Source: Geosiphon pyriformis uo1 (taxonomy: Eukaryota; Fungi; Glomeromycota). Taken from it: a stretch of DNA of 64,000 nt. A program made the position numbers and the translations under genes. Shown here in pieces: positions 38,901 through 50,557 of the stretch (the stretch's first letter is position 1; each line of letters begins with the position of its first letter). Below the pieces are notes generated by a model. The model was not told the DNA's origin and did not search any database. It was given only the letters and a program-made list of their open reading frames with translations. The stretch spans positions 1 through 64,000 of the forward strand of contig JAAOMT010000459.1 in NCBI GenBank assembly GCA_016748015.1. The letters run 5' to 3'.

Positions 38901-40606
38901 GATCATAGACACCCAGGCTTTCTTTCAAGGACCAAGAACTGACTCATGAAGCAAACAAGAGTTCAAGAGCACCAACAACATATTCAGAATCGATTCGTCA
39001 TAATGTTTCCAAAGCTCATTCAAAATACCAGACAAACCAGCAGCCTTATCATTAGGCAAGTCTGAAACAACACCAAGCAACTCACCAGAACTAATAGGGT
39101 CCATAATTCTCGAAAATACATCATCAAATATGTACTTCAAGGGTTGGTACTGGCAACACCAATCAGCAAAGATATCAGTGACCAACTCGCATTTTCTGGT
39201 CCAGCCTTCCATTATAACATCTACCTTAAATTTAACTAAACTAGGATCTAAAACCAGTTCATTATCAACAACCAAGTAATCCAATACCACCTTGTAAAAG
39301 GGGCACTCTAGCACACTCCTAATTGTATGACCCTTATCCACCTCAAAACTTTCTATCCTCCTACTAACTGCTGATCTAATATGAGATTCTTCAGCATGCT
39401 TCAACTCGGACAATTTAGAGGAACAATACAACTTCCTAACTCTAAACAAGACAGATCTTATAACCTCAAAATGCGACCCCAAAAAAAAAAGAGACTCCAC
39501 CACAGAAGCATTTGTAGCATCCAATGAGTTCCACATACTCAGTAATACAACAAATTCTTTAAAAGAAACCAAATGTAATGCTTTAACTAGTTTAGACACC
39601 AAAAGTTCTAGCTTGTGAAACTTAGAAGATTTCTTAGTAAACACATTATCATAACTCTTGAACCATTTCTTTTTGAAAACATTATTCACTGATAAGCACA
39701 CAATTTTGTGGATGATGTTTCACATAGCATCCAAATCCAAAAACAATAGAGCAGCATCAAACTTGCACTTAAACATTGCCACAGTGGCAGCAGAAGATTC
39801 CTTGAATACAGCCTATTTGACAGCCATAGCATTTTTAAAATTGAACTTCCAACAATCCTTATTCACCTGTTTGCGAAGGGACATCAAATTAACATTCAAA
39901 AGACCACCCAAGCCCACAGAAACAGTAACAGCCTTATGATCAGTATCAAAATATTCATCAACTCTGGTTACACTATGATCTAAAATTGTGTTAACTAAGC
40001 TTGATGACACAAACACATAATCAATAGTCTTGGTCACCTTTCAAAAATTGGTCCAAGTCGCATTCTTTTCAAACAAGCTCTCTCTCAAGGCATTGACCAA
40101 ACCCAAATCAAAACATTTCCTGAAACTAGCACACTTGTGAGAGCTATTTTCATTGAAATTGCTGCCCAATATTATGAAAAAAGACTCATTAACAGCTTTA
40201 GCAATCAAAAAATTTATCTTGTCCATTTGTGAGAAGTGTGTAGATACTGAAGCACCAGCATACAAACCCAGAATTGATACTGAAAGCTTATTTTTGAAAA
40301 ACAGTTTGACAGACAAAAGATGACCAGAAACCTCAAAAACTTTACATACATGTTTTGCCAAAGTGTTGTTCATAATGATTGCCACACCAGAACCAAGATA
40401 ACCAGATCCAAACCAAAAACAAAGACCTGAACACCATCGAATTTATTAGCAATCTAAGGCCAAACCTTATCTTTTAACTTTGTCTCAGTAATAATTGAAA
40501 CCAAATTGTTCATATCTCTGTGCCAATGTATAATGTCCTCCTGCTTTGCTGAATTGTTTATTCCCCTGACATTACACGTGGCTATTTTCTATACAAAATT
40601 ATTTAT
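35916..40606 (-). pseudogene. LINE ORF2: APE endonuclease - RT - RNase H - Cys/His finger
   Basis: IATCNVRG, TIDYVFV and TDHKAV (APE). QDMKKAYD and AGAFVDN (RT, DD mutated). VYTDGS, ELQAIALAL and FSDSQAAL (RNase H). CLYCECVEVSDHVFSC. Confidence 0.9.
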
Positions 40607-42491
40607 TGAGATACAGAAGAGACCGCAGAACCCGAGCCAGCACACATCTGATCTAACTTCCCTAATACCAAACAAACCAAAGCTTCAAGAGCCATCAACT
40701 TCGACTTCAAACAGCCCACTTTTGAAGTCAAAATTTTTGAACTACTTGAACCTGAACTTGGGGCACCAGAGGAAACCGAAGAAAGAAGAAGAACCGCAGA
40801 CTTAAGTTCATCCAAAACCATATCCAAATCAAATTCCATATTAACCAAACCAGGAACAACCAAGAGCTGAGAGGAGGAGGCAAGAGCCAAGGGCACCAAG
40901 TTTAAACTGTCAAGTTTGTTCATAATACCAGACATTTTATCCATGAGAAGTTCCAAAGAGCACTCCAAAAAAACAAGACAAGTTTCCAAAAATAAACTAA
41001 TAGGACCCGCAGGAAATAAGTGACCAACCACACCTGAGGCACCAAAAGAAGAGTCAAAACCAGGACCAGAACCAAAGTGAGGACTATTAAACAAAGATAC
41101 CAAGAAGACAATCTGGGCCCATGATTTGCTGCTGAATACAGCCAGTCTGAAAATAGGCACACTCTTTTTTGCATATAGCTTGGCCAATTGGAGGCAATTT
41201 TCATTAGAGATAACTCTTTTAAATGACTTGAAAATAGTAGGAGAGATTGAGATTTCAGTATTACACTTTAGAACAGAATGATCAAGTTTCCCACATTGTT
41301 CGCACTAAATCATGTCCAATCTAGCCCAACACAGTCTCACCCCACCAAAAATAGGCTCCATACAAAACGCAGACTCCAATTTCTTGTCATTCTCAAAACA
41401 AACCACAGCACAACGAACCCTATTACCAGTGTCTAAGGATTGATTTATAACACAAGTTTTCTCACCAGCCTCTGCCAAAAGATTGCCAAGATCATGAGCC
41501 ATTGTTCCTACTGGCAAAGTAAACAAAAGTGCCCTATACCAATCTCTAGATGCCCATGTCTTATGATCCCTCACAGGTTTGGCCACATGCACTGAATCTT
41601 TCTTGATTAAACATGACTACTTAGCTGCCAACTGATCTGCCTGACTTGATTCAGCAAACTCCACCACAGCCCAATGAGTTGCAATCAGATTGACACCACT
41701 TGACCAAACTCGGATACTGTGGCAATGATCATTTCTTTTGGCGTATCCATGAGAATTTCCTTAATAACTATGGCCCAATCTGAGCAAACTCTTTGTCTCT
41801 TAAGATCACTGTTTACTATGATGTTATTTTCCTTGGCCAATGAGACAGCTTTTTCTATGCTTGCTTCAGAGGTAAAGGTAGATCTGATGATCTCTTCAAA
41901 TTTTGAGGAGGTAGTAACCCCTTCAAAACCATTGATTTCTGAAAATAATTTTCTTATGGCATAAGTTTTGGCCATTGCCGATATCTCTTCCACAGCCGAA
42001 AGATTGATATCCAAAGCAAAAGATTTTTTTACAGCCACTTCCACCTGAGTTTTAATGATTTTAGGATCAATCTATGCCTTATCCAAAGAAAAAAACTTAC
42101 AAGAAGGAAGAAAAACCTCCTCTTCCTCCTCCATGTCGAAATTAATAAAGCCGAAAAGAGAGCCAAAAATCGCACCATTATTGAAATGCTTGGTTTGGGG
42201 TGTATTCATCTTGGAATCAGATACTCCTTCACTTTCAGAAGTCTCCCTATCAGTATCCATGCTATTAAACTGCCCGACCACTTGACCAGATCCATTACTT
42301 TTGAGAGCCACACTATTACTTGATAGCTTAGCACTATCAGAAGGATTCTTAACCTTATAACTTGAATCACTACTGACTGAACCAGAAGTTGGAATCTTAG
42401 TTGACCTTTTTTTAGCACCAGTACTACTTATGGGAGCAGTCAGATCAACAACAAAAAGATTTGTTTCTTGTAAAGTGATGGAAGACAGTAT
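40603..42491 (-). pseudogene. LINE ORF1 (RRM-like region, CCHC knuckle, coiled coil)
   Basis: CEQCGKLDHSVLKC near 41300. Fragments are homologous to ORF1 of copy 3. Confidence 0.8.
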
Positions 42492-42569
42492 GAAATAACA
42501 AAAAAAACTTTTTTCAAAATATGCTTTTTGAGGATTTTTGAAGGTAAGAGAGAAAGAAGTTTTTTTGGA

Positions 42570-44897
42570 CTTATGTTAATATTAAATAATTAATTAATAT
42601 TTTTTTTATATACTTAATTAAATTAATTATGATAAATTTTTTCAATTTATTTTTTTATGTTTTTTTAATTATGTTTTAGATAAATAGTTAATTAATTACT
42701 TTAAAAAATTTTACAAGAAATTTTTTTTTGGCTTTTTAATAAATATAAACAAAATTTTTTAATTATTTAAAAAAAAATAATAGATGAATTTTATTCAAAA
42801 ACTTTTTTTATATATTCTATATTATTTGTTTTTAATACTAATAAATAAATATTAATATTTTTAACTTTTTTATTAAATTTATAATTTATTAATAAATTAA
42901 ATAATGTTTAATTTAATTAAAACTTATATGATCTATATTTTATATTTTATATTTTTAATTATGTTTATTTTGAAAATATTTTTTAAAAAAAAATAATTAT
43001 ATTGATTAATTAATTTTTTTAATTAGTTTTAAACAATCATTTTTTATATTTAATTATTTAAATTATTAGATTTTATATTTAAATAACAGTTAAATTTTTT
43101 TTAATAAAAAATATTAAATAAAGAAATTAAATTTATAAGAATTTAATATGCAAAATTAGTTTTATAAAATATCTTAAGGAAATAAATATATATTACATTA
43201 TTATTGATTACTATAGTATCATTCTTCTCTTTTTTTTGATAAGATATACAATCAAATATTTTATAATAATGTTATTTTACATCATAATAATATGTTATTT
43301 ATGATACACAATTATAAATATATGTATTATAAATATATTGTATAATATAATTAAATTTATATAAATATAATCAAATTTATGATTGAAATTATTATAAAAA
43401 TATATTAATCTAAACATCTTAACTTATTGTATTGTCTTATTTATATAAAAATAACTACAAATTTATGTTTAATTTAATGTGTTTTTTATTTTTTGATCTA
43501 GTATGTCTTTTATTTTCTGATTTATTATGTCTTTAATATTGTATTTTTGATTTCATTTATTACTAAATTTTTCTAATATACAAGTTTTTTTAACTATACT
43601 ACAATACAACAACTTTTATATTATAAAACTTCTACAAATTAACATTAAAGATTTTGCAATTTATTTAGATATAATTATATAATAAACACAGAAAATTTAA
43701 TATACTAAAAGTTTAATTTATATATCATAAATTAAATTATATTTCTATATTCTAATTAGCTAATAAAAATCCAAAATCACATGTTATATAAAATCTTGTG
43801 AAACATAAAATTTTAAATTTCTTTTCTTTTTTTCTTTTATAATAACATGATATATATTCATTTCTTAATTGTTATTTTTTTTAAAAAAGTTGAAAATAAA
43901 AATTATTAACAAAAAATAATATTTATTATAGTTTTATAAATATTGTTTGTATTTTTAATAAATATTTATTTAATATATTTTGCAAAATTAACACAAATAA
44001 AATTAAAAAAATAATAATCAAAAAAATAAACAAATTATAATTGTTATAATTAATTAATTATTAATTTAAATTAATTTATATAAAATATTTTTTTACAGTT
44101 TTAAAAAATTTTGTTTATATATTTTTAATAATTTAATTAATAATTAAATCAATAATCAAGTTAAAAAATTACATTAATAATTAATTTTAAAAATAAAATA
44201 GTTTAAATAAATAATATTAAAATTAATATATATAATTAATAAAACTAAAAATTTAAATTAAAATATTTTTATTTAATTTAAAAATACATTAATAAATAAT
44301 ACATTTTTAAATTAAACTTATAATATGTTTTTTTATTATACTAAGTATTTGTATTATAATATTTAATAAAATAGCAAAAAAATCATAAATATTAACAAAC
44401 ACAAAATTATGAATATATAATAAATTTTTTTTCGAATATAATTCTAAATTTAAAATTTAATAACTAAATATACTTTTTATAATCTATTATTAATTAATAA
44501 ACAAAAGTAATTACTTTTAATATTATAGTTTTATATTATAAAAACAGACAAAATTTTAACAATTTAATTTTCAAACAAAATATTTTTATATATAATTATA
44601 TATATATTATTCAAAACTAAAACACCCAAGAAATATTCAAACTTAAATTAATTATAAATTGTCAAAATAAAAAATATTTATTTAATACTTTTTAATAAAT
44701 TAAGTTTATTTTATATATAAAACTGTAATCTAAAATTTTTATTTTATTATATTAAATATATTATTATAAATAAAAATTTGAATTATTAATTAACATAAAA
44801 TTATTCTTATAATTATTATTATTAATTAATATATTATTATTTAAAATTATTACTTATTAAATTACTAAATTATTAAATATTACTATCTAATTAATAA
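42570..44897. other. ultra AT-rich block between LINE copies 1 and 2
   Basis: For example, 44821-44880 has 2 G+C in 60 nt. Confidence 0.9.
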
Positions 44898-47800
44898 TTT
44901 TTTTTTTATTCTTTTAATAAGCAAAGTTCATATACTACCTAGAACTATACATCAAAGAAATGATCTAAACTAGGTGTAAATCATGCATTCTCTACACGTG
45001 ACCAGCTATTCAAACCAGTTAGGACAACACTATGTAGCTATAACAACAGAAACTGAAGAGTTTATACTTAAAAAAAATAAACAAGGTTTATAAAATCCAA
45101 AACAGACACCAAAAGCTTTAGATATCCCAAGCAATTTAATTACACCAGCTAAGAACTTCGAAGCCGAACCAGAAATTGAGACAGAAACTGAGCCATCCAT
45201 AAGGATCAGCTCACACTTCTCCATGAATATGTGATGTTTAGCATGAACCAACCAAATGTCATTTCTAAAAGTAAGACAAAGAGAGTGTGCAAAATTAGTA
45301 ATCCTAACACCAGCAATCTTGGGATCATAAAAGACAAAAACAGTTTCTGGAAACCATCCATTGAAAACAAAACTCTTAAAAAAAGCTGAGAACACTGAAA
45401 GATCTGGAGCACAGATTGACAACAATTGCAACACACATGAGAAAAAAAAAAAAGACCAGAAAGTTCCTTCCAAGAGGACATGCTGGACTTCAAAATCTGG
45501 TTACAAGCTGAGCTATTAACTGTATAAAAAAACATGTGATCTGACACTTCCACCACTTCACAATACAGACAAAAAACACTGGGATAGCATTTATTATAAA
45601 GTTGCTTTTGAACAGCCATGAAAAGCCAATGGTGCAAAGCCTTCATAAAGTAGGTATAAGAATTAGTAGTGTGTTTGCTGATAAAGCCCGTGGCCATGTG
45701 CGAATCAAGATGCCACACTTGAAAAAATTTGAACCAATTGACATCCAAAAGCAAATCACCCACCAGAAAGCCAGAACCAGAACCAACTTCCCAATGTGCA
45801 CAACAAACAGCACAGAAAACATCCTGAACAAAATGCCTAGAATTACCAAAAACTATACCACCATTGGCCAATAAAAAATGTTTATTCATGGAAGGAGGAA
45901 GAAACCAATTAGAGAAGGAGGCAGCATCAACAAAACTGTTGGCATAGTTATTTCCCAAAATGCCAAAGTGGCCTTTTATCTTGTGCCAGCTGACCTTCAA
46001 ATTCTTGTTGTAAATAATATCCCTAATGTGCTGACACTCGACCCAAAACTGATTGTGAAAGTCAGGACACACTAAACCCAACTCTGATTTGCAAGCATCC
46101 AAAGCAGCCTAACTATCTGAAAACAAGCGAACAGAACAAGATGCTGGTATACACTCTAGAGCCAAAGCAATGGCCTGCAACTCCACCAAAGTAGATGAAA
46201 CCAAACCACACACACTGATACTCAAACCCAAATTAATGTCTTTAAAAAAAGCCACAGCACCAGCTCGACAATCCAGCATGCCCAAGTTTTTCAGAGAACC
46301 ATCCATATAAACAGACAGACTACCAGAGCCAACTTAAGAGAGATAATCATTGACAGATATGAAATCATTAGACCCACAAATGTTCAGAGAGCCAACACTA
46401 ATCAAAGCCAAGAGAGATAAAGGCAAACCACTAAGAAATACAACAGAAAGCTCAAACCACTCAGAAACTGGGCCACGAGGGTCCAGTCTTTTCTACCGCT
46501 TAAAGGTGCACCAGTTGAAGATATCACCACAATGATCCTGAAGCTGATCCACAAAGACAATGCCATAATGTCAGAGAGAAGGCAAGAACTTAAAAAACAA
46601 GGGTTTGCCCAAAACAGTAGACATAGGCACTCTATCACAAAGCCAAAAAGAGCTGGCCAAAGAGCCACCCAAAGATAAATTGCATCTGAAAAAAATGCAA
46701 ACCATACTTGACAAGAAATTATTGGAAACACTAACACGAATACAAGCTGAAGAACTCAATGGATGAATGGGGTGCCAATACAGGATTTGTAAGTCATGAG
46801 ACTTGTGACTGAACAATTGACCTAGAACTCCGTAGAAGTTTGCAAAACTAATAAGTGAAGCAACCTTACTTTCAGACTGACACTGGGAAAAGGATTTCAA
46901 ACCATAAAAAGAAGGATAGTGAATCGTATCACTGGAAAAATTGAAAGAGAGACCAGATTTGAGTTTCAAACCCTTGCGAATCAGAGCATTCCACTTGTTG
47001 CACACACCAACAGGAACAAAGCTGAACTGCATTCTGTAGCTGATTATAGGATGGAGAACTGTCAACACCAGGTACAAAAACTGTTTATCTGAAACCACTC
47101 TTTTCAGAACCAAATTATTGAAGAAACAAACATCCAAATGTGCCTTAGCCAAACTAGGCTTAGAAAGACCATCAGTTGAAAAAAAAATATTAAGATACTA
47201 ATAAGATTCGCCTTTTTTGGCTATAGAAATGAGTGAACCACTGATGAAAAAAGACAGACTGTTGATCCTGCTATTGATAGAAACAGTCGTTATTAATTAA
47301 AATGTCATTAATCCGAAAAAATTCATTAGCAATATCAAGAATATGTTGAGTAGCAGCGTGACTACTGTCAATCCAAATTGTGTCATCAACAAAGGCCCCA
47401 GCAGCGAAAAAAGAAGAAAGCCCAGCCTAAGATTCAGCATGACCACTTCTAAAGATAAAATAGGAATTGAGTCTGTATCCACACACACTCTTCTGATGCT
47501 TGACTTCACACAAAAGAGGATCATAAAATATGTGCCAAAGAAGAGATGAAAAAACTTCTCCTTGGTCTAACCTATCATGCACACGATAGCTATTAGTTAA
47601 ACCAAAATCTGTTATAACCTGATTGGTCCGACTTCTATGAATATCACCAAAAAAACGTATAAACTTGCCACACATTTTGATCCTGACCAAACACTTCTTG
47701 AGATGTTCCCACCCAACAGAATTATATGCCTTGCACATGTCTTGCAACACCAGCCAGAGCTCCCGATTTTTCTCCAAAGCATCCTCAACCACCAAATTAA

Positions 47801-50370
47801 TAGCAAAAATAGGAGTTTGGGTAGTTGTACTCTTCAAAACTGAAAAATTGTCCCCATGAAGAATGTCATAAGTACTGCATACTAGTGATATCCTGTCAAA
47901 GAAAATCTTGGAGAGAATTTTGCAAGCTGTTTTAATCAAAGCTATAGATTGGGTATTCATGAGAACACCTTCTCACTCATATGGTTTAGAAATTATCGAA
48001 ACCCAAGCTTCTTTTCAAGGACCAGGCACAGACTCATGAGACAGACAAAAATTCAGAAACACCAAGAGCATATCCAGAACAGACCTATTACTATGCTTCC
48101 ACAGCTTATTTGAAATACCTGAGAGACCAGCAGTCTTGTCAGCAGGTAGATTAGAACCATGCCAAAAAATTCCAAAAACTTAATTGGTTGCATTACATCA
48201 GAAAAAGCCTCATCAAAAACGTAATCTAAAGGCTAATACTAATGATGCCACACTTCTGGAACATCAGGAACCACTCTACACTTCCGAGTTTATCCTTCCA
48301 TGATTTCATCCACCTTTGATTTCACAGGACCAGGTTCCAAAATCAGCTCATCATCTACAACCAAGTGATCCAAAACGACCTTGTAGAAAAGACACTTCAG
48401 AACACTTTAAATAGTGTAACCTTTGTTTAGCTTGAAACTTTCTATCCTTTCATTGATTGCTAATTTGATTTGAAATTCCTCTACACACTTTGATTCTGCC
48501 AGTTTGAGTGAGCAATAGGTTTTTCTGACCCTGAAAAGAGCTGACCGAACAGTATCAAAAAAAGAGCCAAAGAGAAAGAAAGATCTGACCACAAAAGCAT
48601 TATTATTATTAAGAAAACTCCAGACATCCAACAGTAAAATAAATTCATCACAACAGATCGACCAAAAAGCCCTAACTAACTTTGATATCAAAAGTTCCAA
48701 TTTATGAAATTTGGATGATTCTTTAGTGAAAACACCAACATAGTCCTTGAACTATTTTTTTTTGAACACCTTATTAGCCGAAAGAACTATTATCTTGTGA
48801 ACAATGTCCCATATTGCATCCAAATCTGAGAGTCACTGGGAAGCAACAAAATCATCAAAGAACAAGGTGGTATTAGCTGTCATAGCACTTTTGAACTTGG
48901 TCTATTTCACATCATTAGCACCCTTAAAATCAAACTTCTAATGATCTCTATTCACCTGTTTGCGAAGAAAATTCAATTGCACATCCAACAAACCACCCAA
49001 ACCCAAAGATACAGAAACAGCCTGATGGTTCATTTTAAAATGCTCACCAAAATCTGAAACCTCACGGTGTATTATTGCATTAACCAAATTTAAAAAAACC
49101 AACACATAATTAATCATTTTTTTAACACCTCTAGAGTTCTTTCAAGTAGGCATTTTCACAGCTGGGCTTCCAACCAAAGAATTTACCAGACCCAAACCAA
49201 GACATTTCTTAAAACTTGCACACTTGCGAGAACCATCTTTATTGAAATCACCACCAAGAATAGTGAAAAAAGATTCATTGACAGTTTTTGCAATGAGAGA
49301 ATTGATATTACCAGTCTGTGAGAACCAAATCACTAAAGAAGCACCAGCATAAAGCCCCAGAATTGACACTAAAAGTTTACCCTTGAAAAGTAATTTAACA
49401 GACAGAAGCCGACCAGACACCTCAGAAATTTTACATACATGACAAGCCAAAGAAATGTCCATGATAACAGCAACACCCACACCCGAGTAACCAGAGTTCA
49501 AACCAGAAATGAACACTCGGACATCATCAAACTTATTTGCAATCTATGGACAAACCTTACTTCTTAACTTTGTTTCAGTAATGACAGAGACCAAATTGTT
49601 CATTTCTTTATGTCACCTAATAATGTCCTCTTGCTTAGTGGGAACGTTCATGCCCCTAACATTACACATAACCACTTTCCAAATCAGCTTAGTCATTGAT
49701 GTGAAAAAATATTCGACCTTGACCCAAAATTGTTCACTTTGGCCATCAGGCCCATTACCAAATCAGACAGACCAGACAAAGTTTCTTTCAATTTGACAAT
49801 ATTAGGGGAAAGTAGGAGAACCTTACAAACTGCAGTCTCACTACTAGTGGCCATACCTGAACCCTTACTCATTGCTACATCCACCTCTTGATCTTGCAAT
49901 GAAAGGGTTACCAATGGCTGACATCCAGAGCATGGCTGGGAAACCATCGGTCTGAGTATGTCTAATCTCTTAGCCAGCTTGCCAATTTGTTCCATAAGAC
50001 TGGCAAGACCACGTTCAAGAACTGTGAACCTTTTATTGACCTCCAACATAACCAGTAGAGACGGCTTTATCTTCAAAGAAGAGCCCAAACTTGCTGAAAC
50101 ATTTTGACCAGAAAGAAGGGGAAAAGAAGACCGACCAGCAATTTTGGCCCAAGAAAGACCACCAAATGAAACAGGACAAGTAATTGGAGCCAAACATTTG
50201 GCATAAATTGTAGCCAGTCTGCTTTTATCATCATCTGAAAGTGTCCCACATGATGGTTTGTCCGAAAGAGCTTTCCCATCAATAGCACAGACCAATGACA
50301 TCTGACCTGACTTCCCATACTTGGCACACTTAGCTGAAACAAGATGAGACCAATGCAAATTGGTGCTCAT
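44898..50370 (-). mobile_element. LINE copy 2, 5'-truncated within ORF1; ORF2 at 45030-49696, degenerate
   Basis: Poly(A) at 44898-44907. RT AGAFVDDTIW, RNase H YMDGS/ELQAIALAL, APE LGGDFN. Homology ends abruptly at 50370. Confidence 0.92.
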
Positions 50371-50557
50371 AATTTAATTTGTATAATATACAAATATAAC
50401 TAATTATAATAATCAAATTATGCAATATTTTAAACTATATAATATTTAAAAATTTGTTAAAATATTTAGTAATTTAATAAAATATTTAAAAGTTTACTAA
50501 AATAATTAATAACTTATAGAAGTAATTTATAATTTGTTAAAATATACATATTGAATA

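Larger units (their letters stand above)
35783..42570 (-). mobile_element. near full-length non-LTR retrotransposon (LINE copy 1), degenerate
   Basis: Poly(A) at 35783-35795 is preceded by AATAAA. ORF1 and ORF2 are present. The 5' motif AAACTTCTTTCTCT is shared with copy 3. Confidence 0.92.

Noticed and set aside
35770-50400. Target-site duplications for LINE copies 1 and 2
   Set aside because: Candidate matches such as TTAAATAAT lie in low-complexity AT sequence and are not distinguishable from chance.
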